A stretch of 64,000 nt of DNA from a virus (IMGVR_UViG_3300009136_000002:1-64000), one strand, 5' to 3'; shown: positions 18,453-27,696, counted from the stretch's first letter. Notes: generated by a model not told the origin, from the sequence alone. Numbers and translations are program-made.

Positions 18453-19336
18453 GCCTTTCTCCTTAATGTTCTGACAGTTGCGGCATCTACCCAATATGCC
18501 TCTCTCTCATGGGCTACCCAGCTATACGTTACTCCGTTTGACAACACGCCGTAGCTTGCCAACTCTAGCTTGGACTTGATCTTGTTCTCCAGGGCTGTCT
18601 TTTCCTTTCTGAGCTGCTTTTCCTTCGCTTTGATCTCTTGTAAGTCCTCATCCCACCAAAGAGCCTCCCCAGGTAGCGGAATGGATTCTCCGCTATCTTT
18701 GGGGTACTGGAAATGAAGGGCTTCTTTTGATGAATCTGAGTCGTCTACCGGAGGAGGATCTTGATTCTGAATTCGCTGCCAAAACTTGCCCTCTTCCTCG
18801 ATAAGAATTTCCACAAAGCGGTCATTGCGTTGAACATCAACGATAAGATCGCTGTAGTCACCGAAGAATACAGCCAATGATCCCCACTCACTCCCTGTGA
18901 CCGCCATTTCATGTTGGATCTGAACCTGATAATAAAGCGGTGGCTCCTCAAGCCAATTACTCTTCATTCCAGGCCCACCAGTTTTGATCTGCAAGACCCC
19001 CTGGCCTCGATCATCAAAGGGCTCGATCAGGCGGTCTATGGTTGCCATCATAAATTCATGCTCTGGATGCTGGTATATCGTAAAGTTGTCCGGCTTTATC
19101 GTGTCCCTACCAGTTTCCCTCTCGTAGTAGGCTGCAACTGCATCTTCGAGATCCAGACCCCATTGCATTCGCTGGTTCATTTCCTGCTCTGGCATCATCT
19201 TCAACTTGCGAAGATACAGCGATAGAGGGGATACCCAGGGGGAGATCCCCAAGACCGCCGCAGCCTCAGACCCGCCGATCCCACCCATCCGAGCCTCAAG
19301 CCATTCGTCACGATTTTTATGAGATTTCCATTTCAT
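18449..19336 (-). CDS. YqaJ-like viral recombinase exonuclease
   Basis: EWLEARMGGIGGSEAAAVLG.SPW.SPL.LY, WGLDLE, ATIDR, LQIKT, YYQVQIQH; adjacent to recT. Confidence 0.9.
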   Translation of the reverse strand: MKWKSHKNRDEWLEARMGGIGGSEAAAVLGISPWVSPLSLYLRKLKMMPEQEMNQRMQWGLDLEDAVAAYYERETGRDTIKPDNFTIYQHPEHEFMMATIDRLIEPFDDRGQGVLQIKTGGPGMKSNWLEEPPLYYQVQIQHEMAVTGSEWGSLAVFFGDYSDLIVDVQRNDRFVEILIEEEGKFWQRIQNQDPPPVDDSDSSKEALHFQYPKDSGESIPLPGEALWWDEDLQEIKAKEKQLRKEKTALENKIKSKLELASYGVLSNGVTYSWVAHEREAYWVDAATVRTLRRKA

Positions 19337-19344
19337 GCAGGGGT

Positions 19345-19374
19345 ATCTTTACGATTTTTTTTAGGCAAAGTCAA
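19345..19374 (-). promoter_or_regulatory. Candidate sigma70 promoter of the yqaJ-recT-Y array-ro60 operon
   Basis: TTGACT-17 nt-TAAAGA(T) about 9 nt above the yqaJ ATG, with no SD. Confidence 0.45.
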
Positions 19375-19618
19375 CGATAAAATGACTGTTGATAACTGCC
19401 TCAAAATAGCCCATTTTTAACGCTGGATTCTATGACAATTTGAATACTTACAATCGTTATTAACACGGTATTTACAGGTAATAAGTTATCCCCAACTGCT
19501 TAATTACATTAACAATAGTCTTGATGAAACTTTTTTTCCGGCACATCAGCTCTAGCGTCGCTCATAGTGCGTGACAATTAGGGTGATTCATTTCAAGCTA
19601 TTTTGTGCATATTTCTTG

Positions 19619-19649
19619 TTGACTCGAACCTGGGAATCGGTGTAAGCAT
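19619..19649 (+). promoter_or_regulatory. Candidate rightward sigma70 promoter
   Basis: TTGACT-18 nt-TAAGCA(T) upstream of the HTH gene. Confidence 0.35.
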
Positions 19650-19692
19650 CCCGAAGCGATCTGACAACAAACCATAGGAGGGAACCAACGAA

Positions 19693-19953
19693 ATGTCGTC
19701 GCTAAGAAATTTTCCAGTACCGAAGGCTATCAAAATCCGCGCCCTACAACACAACCTCACACAAAAAGAGATCGCCAACATCATCACAGAGCAAACCGGA
19801 AAGTACCTCTCCCCAAGAAGGCTCAATGATATGATCCACGGACTCCGGCGAGGAGAGTGGGAGAAGTATCATCTGCTGGTTGCAGAGATACTGAATTTCA
19901 GACCATCAGAGATAAGAGATCCAGCCTTTAGTCCCAAAAGCCCTCTAACCTAG
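19693..19953 (+). CDS. Cro-like HTH transcriptional regulator
   Basis: LTQKEIANII..GKYLSPRRLNDMIHG; AGGAGG RBS; first gene of the divergent unit. Confidence 0.65.
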   Translation: MSSLRNFPVPKAIKIRALQHNLTQKEIANIITEQTGKYLSPRRLNDMIHGLRRGEWEKYHLLVAEILNFRPSEIRDPAFSPKSPLT

Positions 19954-19965
19954 AGAGGCCCACCG

Positions 19966-20805
19966 ATGAAATGGCTCCGTCTATGGATTGAATGGGCTCA
20001 CGACCCAAAAATTATCGCTATGCCTGAGTCTATGCAGCGCAGACATATTGTTCTCCTGTGTTTGCGCCGCCAAGTAGATACCTCTACCCTCAGCGATGAA
20101 GAGATAGCATCCTATATGCGAATAGGCATGGAGGATCTTCAAGAAACCAAAGAGTTATTTACACGAAAAAACTTCATAGATAACGGCTGGAACGTACTGG
20201 CATGGGATGATCGTCAATATGATAGCGATAGCTCAACACTCCGTACTCGCAAATGGCGAAAAAGACAGAGGAAAAAAGAACGTGACAAAAAGGAAACGTC
20301 ACAGGAACGTCACGGTGACGGCGTAGATACAGATACAGAAACAGATAAAGACTATACTTCCTCTAAAGAAGAGGAAGTATTGTCAGAACCTCCGGCTCAG
20401 ACCCCCCCTTGCCCGCATGGAAAAATAAAAGAGCTTTACAACAAATACTGCAAATCTCTTCCAGGCCTCCTTACAATGTCAAAACAACGGAAGGTTAAAC
20501 TCAAAACTAGATGGGGTGAGCATCCGAATCTTGATTGGTGGCAAGCCCTCTTTGAAACAGTAGAGCAAATACCATTCTGTTGTGGTGACAATGATCGAGG
20601 ATGGAAAGCCTCTTTCGATTGGCTAGTAGCAAATGATACAAATGCTCTCAAGGTAATGGAGGGAAAGTATTTCAAGCAGGAAGTTTTGAAAAAATCTGAT
20701 GGTCTTGTTGGTTGTAAAAAATGTACCCTAAGATCGGGAGCATCAACTATGGATCTCGATGAACACGGAGTTTGCTGGTCATGCAGAGAAAAAAGACGTT
20801 TTTGA
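19966..20805 (+). CDS. Phage replication initiator / replisome organizer
   Basis: MKWLRL..DPKI N-terminus, W..RQY.SDSST.R.RKWR, DTDTETD linker, C-terminal GWKASFDWL...KVMEGKY. Confidence 0.8.
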   Translation: MKWLRLWIEWAHDPKIIAMPESMQRRHIVLLCLRRQVDTSTLSDEEIASYMRIGMEDLQETKELFTRKNFIDNGWNVLAWDDRQYDSDSSTLRTRKWRKRQRKKERDKKETSQERHGDGVDTDTETDKDYTSSKEEEVLSEPPAQTPPCPHGKIKELYNKYCKSLPGLLTMSKQRKVKLKTRWGEHPNLDWWQALFETVEQIPFCCGDNDRGWKASFDWLVANDTNALKVMEGKYFKQEVLKKSDGLVGCKKCTLRSGASTMDLDEHGVCWSCREKRRF

Positions 20806-20978
20806 GTGAGGAGGAGATCGAGCGAATCACAACAGATTTACTTGTCCAGGGGTATGACCAAGACAGGATAATTGACCACCTGGAACGCATCAATGAACAG
20901 CGCGAGAAAAAAGAAGCCAGAGAACCGCAGCACGTTTCATCCGTTATGGATGAAGTTATGAAGAGGTTGAAACGGTGA
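20802..20978 (+). CDS. Hypothetical protein
   Basis: Overlap-coupled on both sides. Confidence 0.45.
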   Translation: MSEEEIERITTDLLVQGYDQDRIIDHLERINEQREKKEAREPQHVSSVMDEVMKRLKR

Positions 20979-21313
20979 AGCCCTATCTCTTAGCCAAAGA
21001 ACGAATGAACAAGACTGAACGAGCTTACGCGGATAGCCTGTACGGACTCCAACTTGCTGGCGAGATCCTGCAGTATGAATTCGAGGGGGTGAAGTTAAGG
21101 CTGGCCCCAGGCTCATTCTACACGCCGGATTTCTATGTGGTCACGCCGGAAAGATTTGAATTGCATGAGGTCAAAGGGTTCTGGCGCGAGGCTGCAATGG
21201 TGAGAATAAAAGTAGCGGCGGCTAAGTATCCCCACTTCAAATTCGTGGTTGTGACAATGGATAAGCCTAGTCGCCGCTCTATAGTGAGATGGCATTTTAA
21301 GGAGATTAACTAG
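20975..21313 (+). CDS. DUF1064-like PD-(D/E)XK endonuclease
   Basis: MNKTE..Y, YTPDF, HEVKG, KVAA..YP motifs. Confidence 0.75.
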   Translation: MKPYLLAKERMNKTERAYADSLYGLQLAGEILQYEFEGVKLRLAPGSFYTPDFYVVTPERFELHEVKGFWREAAMVRIKVAAAKYPHFKFVVVTMDKPSRRSIVRWHFKEIN

Positions 21314-22494
21314 CGGAGAAGAAACCGGATATTGACGTTGAGATCGAATTGTCCAGGTGGTTTATTCTCCAGATCGAAGATGTCTTTAATATCAGAGCTA
21401 ACACCTGATTTAAATTGCTCAAACTCCCTTCTGATGCCTTGGTGGATTTTATGGAGGTTTTCAACCTGTTCACCCAATCCGTCTAGCTCCAGGGCTTCCA
21501 TCCTCCGAATGAGGGCAGCGAAGTTAGCGTGGATTTCTTCTGGATCGAGAGGCACAATGGCTGGCTCTGGATCTGCTGGCGGTGTAGGTTGAGGTAGTTT
21601 CTCGTTGAAGAATTCCCAGGCCTTTTCCGTGGATTTCTCATACCATTTCTTGTGGCTCTGAATAAACTCAATCAGATCATCGCCGGATACGTCCCTCAAG
21701 CCAGGATGGAGCTTGTAGCTCCGGCTGGATCGGCCTCCAATGAGGTCAATCATGCCGTGTGGTTCGAGTCGTTTGATAACCATTTGCAGGGTGCTAGAGA
21801 TATTGGCTGGGGGTTTGCCAACTCCGGCGGCGATTTCCCTGGCGAGAAATTCCTCTGACATTGAGCGGGAGATCAGGTCGATCACGTTCTTTGATGTTCG
21901 TTTGAAGCGTAGGGCTCCGTGCTGGTATGGGCCTGATCGCTGCCCCAGGGTGATGCTCTCGCTGTTCTTGACAGGGGTTGCCTTCCAATACTTCCGAAAC
22001 AATGCCTCGAATCCCATGTCCAATGCGTCATTTTTCATGCAATACTGGTAGGCCAGCCCAACTCTTTTGCGGTAGATCATCCCTGTGTCTTTGAGTTTGT
22101 TCCAGATATGAGATAATGCAGAGCTAGTATCAGCCAGGGGTTTCCCTATTTCAACTGAGATAGCCCTTGAGTTGATAAGGGCATCCCCAGCATTGAATAG
22201 GGCATACAATACATTTTGGTTTAGTGTTGGAAAAGGTAGTTCTTTCACGCCGTACTCCTTCCGGATCTCGAAGGGGCTCAAGCGTCTAACACGCTTTGAG
22301 ACTCTTGCGGGATCATCTTCAAACCTCTCTCTCGGTCTGAATTTCTTTTTGTGTTTGGTTTTGGTTCCGATCTCTTCCTTCCTGGCTTGATCCAGGTCGT
22401 TCTGTTTTTCCTTCCCCTCCTCTCTTTCAAGGTGATCTTCCAGGGGTTCGCCGCCAACTGTAATCGCCGGAGTGCCTTCCCTCAGTTTGTCCAA
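21310..22494 (-). CDS. Protein with two winged-HTH-like domains
   Basis: SRAISVEIGKP..DTSSAL and AREIAAGVGKP..NISSTL repeats; AAAGGAGG RBS before TTG. Confidence 0.6.
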   Translation of the reverse strand: MDKLREGTPAITVGGEPLEDHLEREEGKEKQNDLDQARKEEIGTKTKHKKKFRPRERFEDDPARVSKRVRRLSPFEIRKEYGVKELPFPTLNQNVLYALFNAGDALINSRAISVEIGKPLADTSSALSHIWNKLKDTGMIYRKRVGLAYQYCMKNDALDMGFEALFRKYWKATPVKNSESITLGQRSGPYQHGALRFKRTSKNVIDLISRSMSEEFLAREIAAGVGKPPANISSTLQMVIKRLEPHGMIDLIGGRSSRSYKLHPGLRDVSGDDLIEFIQSHKKWYEKSTEKAWEFFNEKLPQPTPPADPEPAIVPLDPEEIHANFAALIRRMEALELDGLGEQVENLHKIHQGIRREFEQFKSGVSSDIKDIFDLENKPPGQFDLNVNIRFLLR

Positions 22495-22508
22495 TTCGGC
22501 CTCCTTTC

Positions 22509-22778
22509 TTAATCCCTCTCGATGCTGACTAACACGCCACCATCAAACCACAGGTAAAACGAGTAAGATGCCTGATATTTTCCGATCCGATCAAAGTTGT
22601 AGACCCATTGAGATCCGTAAACATTGTCCGGCTGTCCACAAAACATGAGGACTTGCTGTGCGGAGGCTCCTACTCCGATGATTGTATCCCTGCCACAATA
22701 CATAGGCATATTATTGGCATTATACTTACCATTGCCCATAAGCGTTAGCAGGGTGGCGATTAAGAGCAGATGTTTCAT
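22509..22778 (-). CDS. DUF2845-like small exported protein
   Basis: Signal-like N-terminus; CG..IIGVG.S..QVL..CGQP..W.Y...F.GG.LVSI. Confidence 0.6.
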   Translation of the reverse strand: MKHLLLIATLLTLMGNGKYNANNMPMYCGRDTIIGVGASAQQVLMFCGQPDNVYGSQWVYNFDRIGKYQASYSFYLWFDGGVLVSIERD

Positions 22779-22872
22779 CTATCCCCTCCTTTCGTCTAGT
22801 GTGATTCTAAACTCATACACTATCTAGCGGGATAAGTACACCTATTTTTAGCTTGAAGTCGAGGTTGGTTCC

Positions 22873-23220
22873 TTGGTACAGAGGTCGAACGTGAGGACAT
22901 TCGACTCAGCACATGAGGCATTGTTTTGGTGGTATGCACTAAAAGAGGTCGGCCTGGAAGTTAGGTATGTGCGTGGCGATCTCACAGGCGCAGTTGTGCA
23001 AATCAGCCGGAGAGTGCCTGTGCCTTCCGATACTTGGTGCGTGTGGATCACGTTGGATATTTTGATTTCGCGCCTTCCAGGGCGATACCAGCGCATCATA
23101 GATGAGTATTACGCGAGGGGTCGGTACATCAAGCCATTTAGACGCTGGCGGTTCTCAGGTAGGTGGAGGGCTTGTTGCAGATTGTTTTGGTCAATGCTCC
23201 CTAGTGAGTTCAAAACATGA
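22873..23220 (+). CDS. Hypothetical protein (possible transcription regulator)
   Basis: GAGG RBS; LISRLP.RYQRII resembles a sigma region 4-like segment. Confidence 0.4.
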   Translation: MVQRSNVRTFDSAHEALFWWYALKEVGLEVRYVRGDLTGAVVQISRRVPVPSDTWCVWITLDILISRLPGRYQRIIDEYYARGRYIKPFRRWRFSGRWRACCRLFWSMLPSEFKT

Positions 23221-23402
23221 CTGACTCTAAGCCATACTACACAGTACGCGAGTTCGCGGAGCGGATAGGCTGGCCTCGAAGGACTGTGCGCTATTACCTC
23301 AAGAAGCGGCACATTCGAGGGCTCAAGCCACAGAATGATTGGAGGATACCCAGGAAGGAGTTGGTGCGCTGGGATCTGCTAGAGGAAAACGAAACCAGTT
23401 GA
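23217..23402 (+). CDS. Excisionase-like/HTH_17 DNA-binding protein
   Basis: YYTVREFAERIG..RRTVRYY...I.G.K...WRIP..EL. Confidence 0.75.
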   Translation: MTDSKPYYTVREFAERIGWPRRTVRYYLKKRHIRGLKPQNDWRIPRKELVRWDLLEENETS

Positions 23403-23430
23403 CATAGATTTTAATTTCATTATATTTGGT

Positions 23431-23531
23431 CACAGGTAGAGATACCCGCTCCGTTCACAGGCTTGCGGTGTTCTCAATCCTATCTCTCGGTGGGCGTGGC
23501 CCCTGGTTGATCCCCAGGGGCCACTCTTTTT
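23431..23531 (+). ncRNA. Candidate ~100-nt small RNA
   Basis: TTGACA-16-TATATT at 23399-23426, AGAGATA/TATCTCT and CCGC/GCGG stems, ends at a strong terminator, no ORF. Confidence 0.4.
23496..23531 (+). terminator. Intrinsic terminator
   Basis: GTGGCCCCTGG-ttgatcc-CCAGGGGCCAC-TCTTTTT. Confidence 0.8.
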
Positions 23532-24018
23532 AGGCGAGTCCTGGGTTGGTACTCAAGATTTCATCCTTGATGTTTTCCAGGGCTTCCTCTTCCTCTTCCT
23601 CAGTCGTTGCATCCTCGATGCTGATGTCAATGTTCTGCAACTCGTTGATCCAGCCATCCAGCCCTTCAATGCGCTCGGTTAGCAACTCCCCGCTTGCGCT
23701 GGACTCCTGCAGACTTTCCGGCATGGCCTCTAGGCTCTCCTGGCACTCTTCCATCAAGGCCTCCAGGTCGGCACTCATGCTCTCGATCAGCTCCGGCAAC
23801 TCCTCGACTGTATTGATCTCATGCACAGTCCTCTCAAAATCATCCTCCAACTGCCATAGCTGGGAGTAGAAGGCTGATTGAGTTAGCTGGTGACGCTCTG
23901 GCCGCGTCTTGCTGAATCGCTTGGGGCCATATCGAAATTTCCACCACCAGTAGGACTCTCCCTTCAATGCAACTGGATTGTCCTTCTGCGCCTTCGCCAC
24001 AAAATTAGCTCTCGCCAT
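23530..24018 (-). CDS. Phage protein with basic N-terminus and highly acidic helical C-terminus
   Basis: GGAGGA RBS; KGESYWWWKFRYGPKRFSKT then Glu-rich helices. Confidence 0.65.
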   Translation of the reverse strand: MARANFVAKAQKDNPVALKGESYWWWKFRYGPKRFSKTRPERHQLTQSAFYSQLWQLEDDFERTVHEINTVEELPELIESMSADLEALMEECQESLEAMPESLQESSASGELLTERIEGLDGWINELQNIDISIEDATTEEEEEEALENIKDEILSTNPGLA

Positions 24019-24226
24019 CGTCCTCCTCCTTCCCTGGGGTTCTCGGCCAATCCGGTGTGTCCGGACATCGCATATCGGCCTTGATGCTCCATTTTCCCTC
24101 GGCGACCTTCTGAACGTCTAGGATCTGCAGATCGGGATTATACATTCCATCGTATAATTCCAGGCCAACAGCTTGTCCCAAGGCCTCCTCAATGTCTGTG
24201 CTGTCAAACTCCACAATTACTCTCAT
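24005..24226 (-). CDS. Hypothetical protein
   Basis: ATGA coupling in the early-gene string. Confidence 0.5.
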   Translation of the reverse strand: MRVIVEFDSTDIEEALGQAVGLELYDGMYNPDLQILDVQKVAEGKWSIKADMRCPDTPDWPRTPGKEEDDGES

Positions 24227-24453
24227 GCTTTCCCCTTTCTCCGCGCCTCGCGGCGGATCTTCTTTCGCTTCTCGTCACAGCCTTTGTATGTCCGGCCCAG
24301 CCTCTTCGCAATGTCCTCTAGCTTTTCATCGCTTTCCAAGAGATATGCGATTTCCCTTGGTTTCCATCGTTTCCACGTTTTCTTTGCAAACTCCTGGCTG
24401 CGCTCATTGAGCCCTTGCTTGTACTTGTAATGGGCTACATTCTTGTGTCCCAT
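24223..24453 (-). CDS. Myb/SANT-like small DNA-binding protein
   Basis: RWKPREI..L......IAKRLGRTY.GC..K; AGGAGG RBS. Confidence 0.55.
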   Translation of the reverse strand: MGHKNVAHYKYKQGLNERSQEFAKKTWKRWKPREIAYLLESDEKLEDIAKRLGRTYKGCDEKRKKIRREARRKGKA

Positions 24454-24466
24454 CGGGTTCCACCTC

Positions 24467-24679
24467 CTATCTATCAGCTTGTTCGAGGAATTTGATTACG
24501 GCACTCTTCACAACACGCCCGCCCCAGGCGGCGAGGTAGTCGGCATCAACCTTTTGGTCAACTCCGGCTACCTTGCCGATCCTGGCCTTTTTAACCCCAG
24601 CCTCATTCTCTGTGATAACCATGCCGTAGGTTCCATCCCTGTTTGAAAACCAAAAGGTGTCGATAACCTTCAATCCCAT
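24467..24679 (-). CDS. Hypothetical protein
   Basis: AGGAGGGAGAACCCG-ATG start. Confidence 0.6.
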   Translation of the reverse strand: MGLKVIDTFWFSNRDGTYGMVITENEAGVKKARIGKVAGVDQKVDADYLAAWGGRVVKSAVIKFLEQADR

Positions 24680-24693
24680 CGGGTTCTCCCTCC

Positions 24694-24930
24694 TTACTCC
24701 CAGCGCAATTTCTTTCTGGCGGTCATTAGATCCAGCCGCAAGATAACTGCGTTCAGGTAGTCGTCTGATACGTCCATGTTCGTTAGGATCTCGTCCGTGG
24801 CCTGGGGCTGATCCCTCCTGGCCTGGACACAGAATTCCAGGGCGATCAGCGTGGCCTCGTAAGGCGTGGTGTTCATTACTTCCTCGCTCTTGTAGTCACA
24901 GTTGACTAGCTTGCCGCATCTAATACACAT
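24694..24930 (-). CDS. Hypothetical protein
   Basis: GGAGGA RBS before ATG 24930; start uncertain. Confidence 0.45.
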   Translation of the reverse strand: MCIRCGKLVNCDYKSEEVMNTTPYEATLIALEFCVQARRDQPQATDEILTNMDVSDDYLNAVILRLDLMTARKKLRWE

Positions 24931-24934
24931 AGGC

Positions 24935-25081
24935 TTAATCCTCCTCGTAAATGACCATGACAGTCCTGCCAAACGGAGTTGCAGCCAGCTTAACGTCATG
25001 GACTTGGTTGGATGGTATGTGATTCAAGAAATGATTCGCGTTCTCCTCAGTATCATCGCCCCAAAACAGTTTGATTTGCAT
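24935..25081 (-). CDS. Small hypothetical protein (48 aa, MQIKLFWGDD..., not in ORF track)
   Basis: AGGAGGGAGAACTCG-ATG start motif; fills the gap. Confidence 0.55.
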   Translation of the reverse strand: MQIKLFWGDDTEENANHFLNHIPSNQVHDVKLAATPFGRTVMVIYEED

Positions 25082-25105
25082 CGAGTTCTCCCTCCTATCT
25101 CTCGG

Positions 25106-25552
25106 TTAGCGGTCTATGCCATCAATGATCTCGACCATTTTCTCTTCGAGGCAATCAATTACCCTCTGGCCTCCGGCGACTGATTCTACAATCGTGTACT
25201 TGCTGATCCCTGGGTACTCGTCTGCCAGATCATCAATAGCCAATGCCACGATCTCATGTGCCATACTGTCAATAGCCTTGGCAAGTTCATCACCTGGGTC
25301 TATTGACTCCACGGTTCCCACGGTGGCAACCACACTCATTTCCTTGGCCCAATACCAGTAAATCTCGAAGGGGTCTTTGTGCCTGGGAAAACGAATTCCC
25401 CAAAGTTCTTCTGTCATTTCGGGTTTGAAAATCAGCTTCTCTACATGACCTATGGCATTGTTCCAGGGATCATCCTCCCCAGCTATCGGGTTGTTTACCT
25501 GGACTATCATGCCAATGGTTATTAGTACCGGAACATAGGTTTCTTTGCTCAT
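25106..25552 (-). CDS. Hypothetical protein
   Basis: TAATG coupling, GGAGG RBS. Confidence 0.55.
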   Translation of the reverse strand: MSKETYVPVLITIGMIVQVNNPIAGEDDPWNNAIGHVEKLIFKPEMTEELWGIRFPRHKDPFEIYWYWAKEMSVVATVGTVESIDPGDELAKAIDSMAHEIVALAIDDLADEYPGISKYTIVESVAGGQRVIDCLEEKMVEIIDGIDR

Positions 25553-25893
25553 TAGAATCTCCTCCAATCTCCAATTTGCCTTGCGATTTCCTTGGCTACT
25601 GCCTTCTGGCATCGCTCGGTGGTGGTTCCGAATGCCTCATACAATCCCCTGTAATCATCGTCCTCCTCTGTCCAGGCGTTGTAAACCTCAACAGCTTGCA
25701 TCGCTGCATCGACTAGCTCGTCACGCTCGACAAATCCCCAAAACCCACAGGTGTTGCCATTGGTATCGAGAACCTTCCCAAAGACAACACCGTCCCGCAC
25801 CTGATCGTGGATCTTGTTAAGACGTTGCGTGATCTCATACTCTGGCGTTTCAAATGCCGCGTTATCCATGTTGATCTTGATAATAAATTCCAT
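25552..25893 (-). CDS. Hypothetical phage protein
   Basis: I.I.MDNAAF...DTNGNT.G motif; AGGAGG start motif. Confidence 0.65.
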   Translation of the reverse strand: MEFIIKINMDNAAFETPEYEITQRLNKIHDQVRDGVVFGKVLDTNGNTCGFWGFVERDELVDAAMQAVEVYNAWTEEDDDYRGLYEAFGTTTERCQKAVAKEIARQIGDWRRF

Positions 25894-25909
25894 CGGGTTC
25901 TCCCTCCTC

Positions 25910-26110
25910 TCACATAATGATTTCCATGAATCCTTTTAGTTCGTGTCTGTCGAGCCATCGCTTGTCACAGGCATTACAGTCCACATACTGAATTGCTCCC
26001 TGCTCCTCGGCCTCTAGCGGCCCCCATTCCAGGTCGCCGCTAAGACACCAGGGGCAAACGGCCCCATTCTCCGCCACATATTCCTCTTCCGTGATCTTTG
26101 GCTCTGCCAT
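25910..26110 (-). CDS. Zinc-ribbon protein
   Basis: CPWC...CNAC; TAATG coupling. Confidence 0.55.
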   Translation of the reverse strand: MAEPKITEEEYVAENGAVCPWCLSGDLEWGPLEAEEQGAIQYVDCNACDKRWLDRHELKGFMEIIM

Positions 26111-26490
26111 TACTCTTCCCTCCTGGCCCGCCATTCGTTAAAGCGATTGGTGAACCTCTTCCAGGTGAATTGATCACAGTCGCAACTGTTAAACTCACAA
26201 CGTCCGTGTCCATTGATCCCTGCGTGTTGACTGTTGAGCCCATCCCCCAGGTGTCCACAGTAACACCAGGATTTCGGCTCCTCAAAGAATTCCTCTTGCT
26301 GCATTTCTCTATCCATCGGTATCTCCTCCTTCAATGTCCCACCACAAAGGCATGGTGAGACTGATCCGTGTAGCCTCCATTGTGGCGGCGTGAAGAGTAT
26401 TGATACCCTGCATTTCTGGCATCGCGCCTTGACGCTGCATATTTCGGGTGGATTTATCGTTTCCGGTGTTTTCATGCGTTTTCCCTCCAT
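26110..26490 (-). CDS. Cys-rich hypothetical protein (possible internal start at 26316)
   Basis: CQKC, CLCGG, CYCGH..H..C..C.C; AGGAGG before ATG 26316. Confidence 0.45.
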   Translation of the reverse strand: MEGKRMKTPETINPPEICSVKARCQKCRVSILFTPPQWRLHGSVSPCLCGGTLKEEIPMDREMQQEEFFEEPKSWCYCGHLGDGLNSQHAGINGHGRCEFNSCDCDQFTWKRFTNRFNEWRARREE

Positions 26491-26567
26491 ATTAAATTAT
26501 TTAATAGCTCTAAAATGCCGCTCAAGGCCATAACTCAAGTGGATTGATACCTGGCTATCCCCTGATT

Positions 26568-27128
26568 TCAGTAAATCAGACCTACTTGCTCCTTCGTGGC
26601 GTAGTCGATGTTTTCCATTGCCTCCTTCACCATGTATTTATGCGGATCGCCGTAAAAGCCCCAGCACGAATCAATGTGTTCTCCGTCCTCGTCCTCGGTA
26701 ACATACCCATATACTTCGCCGCAAATGTGAAGATCGTACATATAAACCTCGTCCTGCAGCAACTTGATAGCCTTGTCCTCTATCTTCTGAGTTACCCTCT
26801 TCACCTTGAATTCCTCGCGCACCTTCTCCTTCGTTACCCAAATGAATCCAACTTGTCCTGAATCCCAGGGGCAACTAAATGGGGTTGTCCTCATGGTGAT
26901 CCCTGAGTGGTCGAAGAGATACAAGGGGAGCGCGATAACATCGGGTCTTTCAACTATCTCCTGAATCTCCTCCACGGTGTATTCATGCTCGTCACCCAGG
27001 CGGTAACGGCTGTGCAAGCAAGTCATGGTTCCGAGGATACTCCAATCCCTTGGTGATCCATGCGGATCATCATCCTGGTAAACTTTAATGGTGTGGTGTC
27101 GATACTCTATTGTCTCAATGGGTTCCAT
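26568..27128 (-). CDS. Hypothetical phage early protein
   Basis: SPRDW..LG.M...H.RY.LGD, LPLYLFDHSGITM, WDSGQVGFI, GEVYGY, DSCWGFYG; AGGAGG RBS. Confidence 0.7.
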   Translation of the reverse strand: MEPIETIEYRHHTIKVYQDDDPHGSPRDWSILGTMTCLHSRYRLGDEHEYTVEEIQEIVERPDVIALPLYLFDHSGITMRTTPFSCPWDSGQVGFIWVTKEKVREEFKVKRVTQKIEDKAIKLLQDEVYMYDLHICGEVYGYVTEDEDGEHIDSCWGFYGDPHKYMVKEAMENIDYATKEQVGLIY

Positions 27129-27375
27129 CGGCTTGTTCCTCCTGGCGGGCCTGATAAGCCCAGCCTGATAAGCCGCCGCGCAGCTCGTAACACCGTTCGT
27201 TGACACAAGCCCTGCAATAGCTGTGAAGCCCATCGCCCTTCTTGTGAAAGAATTCAAGGTCTGCGGGCCAATACTCCTGGCATCGAGCGCAAAGTATCTC
27301 TAGCCCCAATTCGGTGTTACGGCTGCGCCGCGCATTCTTCCGTTTAATACTCAACGTCCCAACCCTCGCCGTCAA
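27115..27375 (-). CDS. Zinc-finger hypothetical protein
   Basis: CARC...FF....GL..YCRAC. Confidence 0.45.
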   Translation of the reverse strand: MTARVGTLSIKRKNARRSRNTELGLEILCARCQEYWPADLEFFHKKGDGLHSYCRACVNERCYELRGGLSGWAYQARQEEQADGTH

Positions 27376-27529
27376 AGACTCCCTCGCCTATATCATCCTC
27401 AAGGCGTTCCCCTGGCATAAGACCCCAGCCGCAATAACATCGCGCTAGGCCTTTGTGGTCGCCACACTCGCGGCATACCCTCGCGCCGCAATAGTTCCTG
27501 AATTCATAATGATGTTGGCATTCGCTCAT
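27344..27529 (-). CDS. Small Cys-rich protein
   Basis: CQH..YCGARVCRECG..CYCGW; GGAGGG RBS. Confidence 0.55.
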   Translation of the reverse strand: MSECQHHYEFRNYCGARVCRECGDHKGLARCYCGWGLMPGERLEDDIGEGVFDGEGWDVEY

Positions 27530-27696
27530 ATCCTTACACCCTCCGATCTGGCCCAGTTATAAAGCCCCTCGTCATTCAATACCCATAGCCGCCGCTCTTG
27601 GTCATTGGGATAGGGGTTGGTGTCCTGGTCTAATGCGCTGGCAATACAACGGTCTAACTCTTCCCTGTTGTTCTTGATGAATTCTGCTAGTTTCAT
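27526..27696 (-). CDS. Small hypothetical protein (56 aa, ...ERRLWVLNDEGLYNW..., not in ORF track)
   Basis: AGGAGGTAGGAG RBS; ATGA overlap with next gene. Confidence 0.6.
   Translation of the reverse strand: MKLAEFIKNNREELDRCIASALDQDTNPYPNDQERRLWVLNDEGLYNWARSEGVRI

Noticed and set aside
19621-19630. T-loop-like GGTTCGAGTC on the - strand
   Set aside because: Flanks do not pair into a T stem; overlaps a candidate -35 box
23217-23402. Evidence of lysogeny from the excisionase-like gene
   Set aside because: HTH_17 proteins are common regulators; no integrase, att repeat or clear CI repressor in the window, so lifestyle is undetermined
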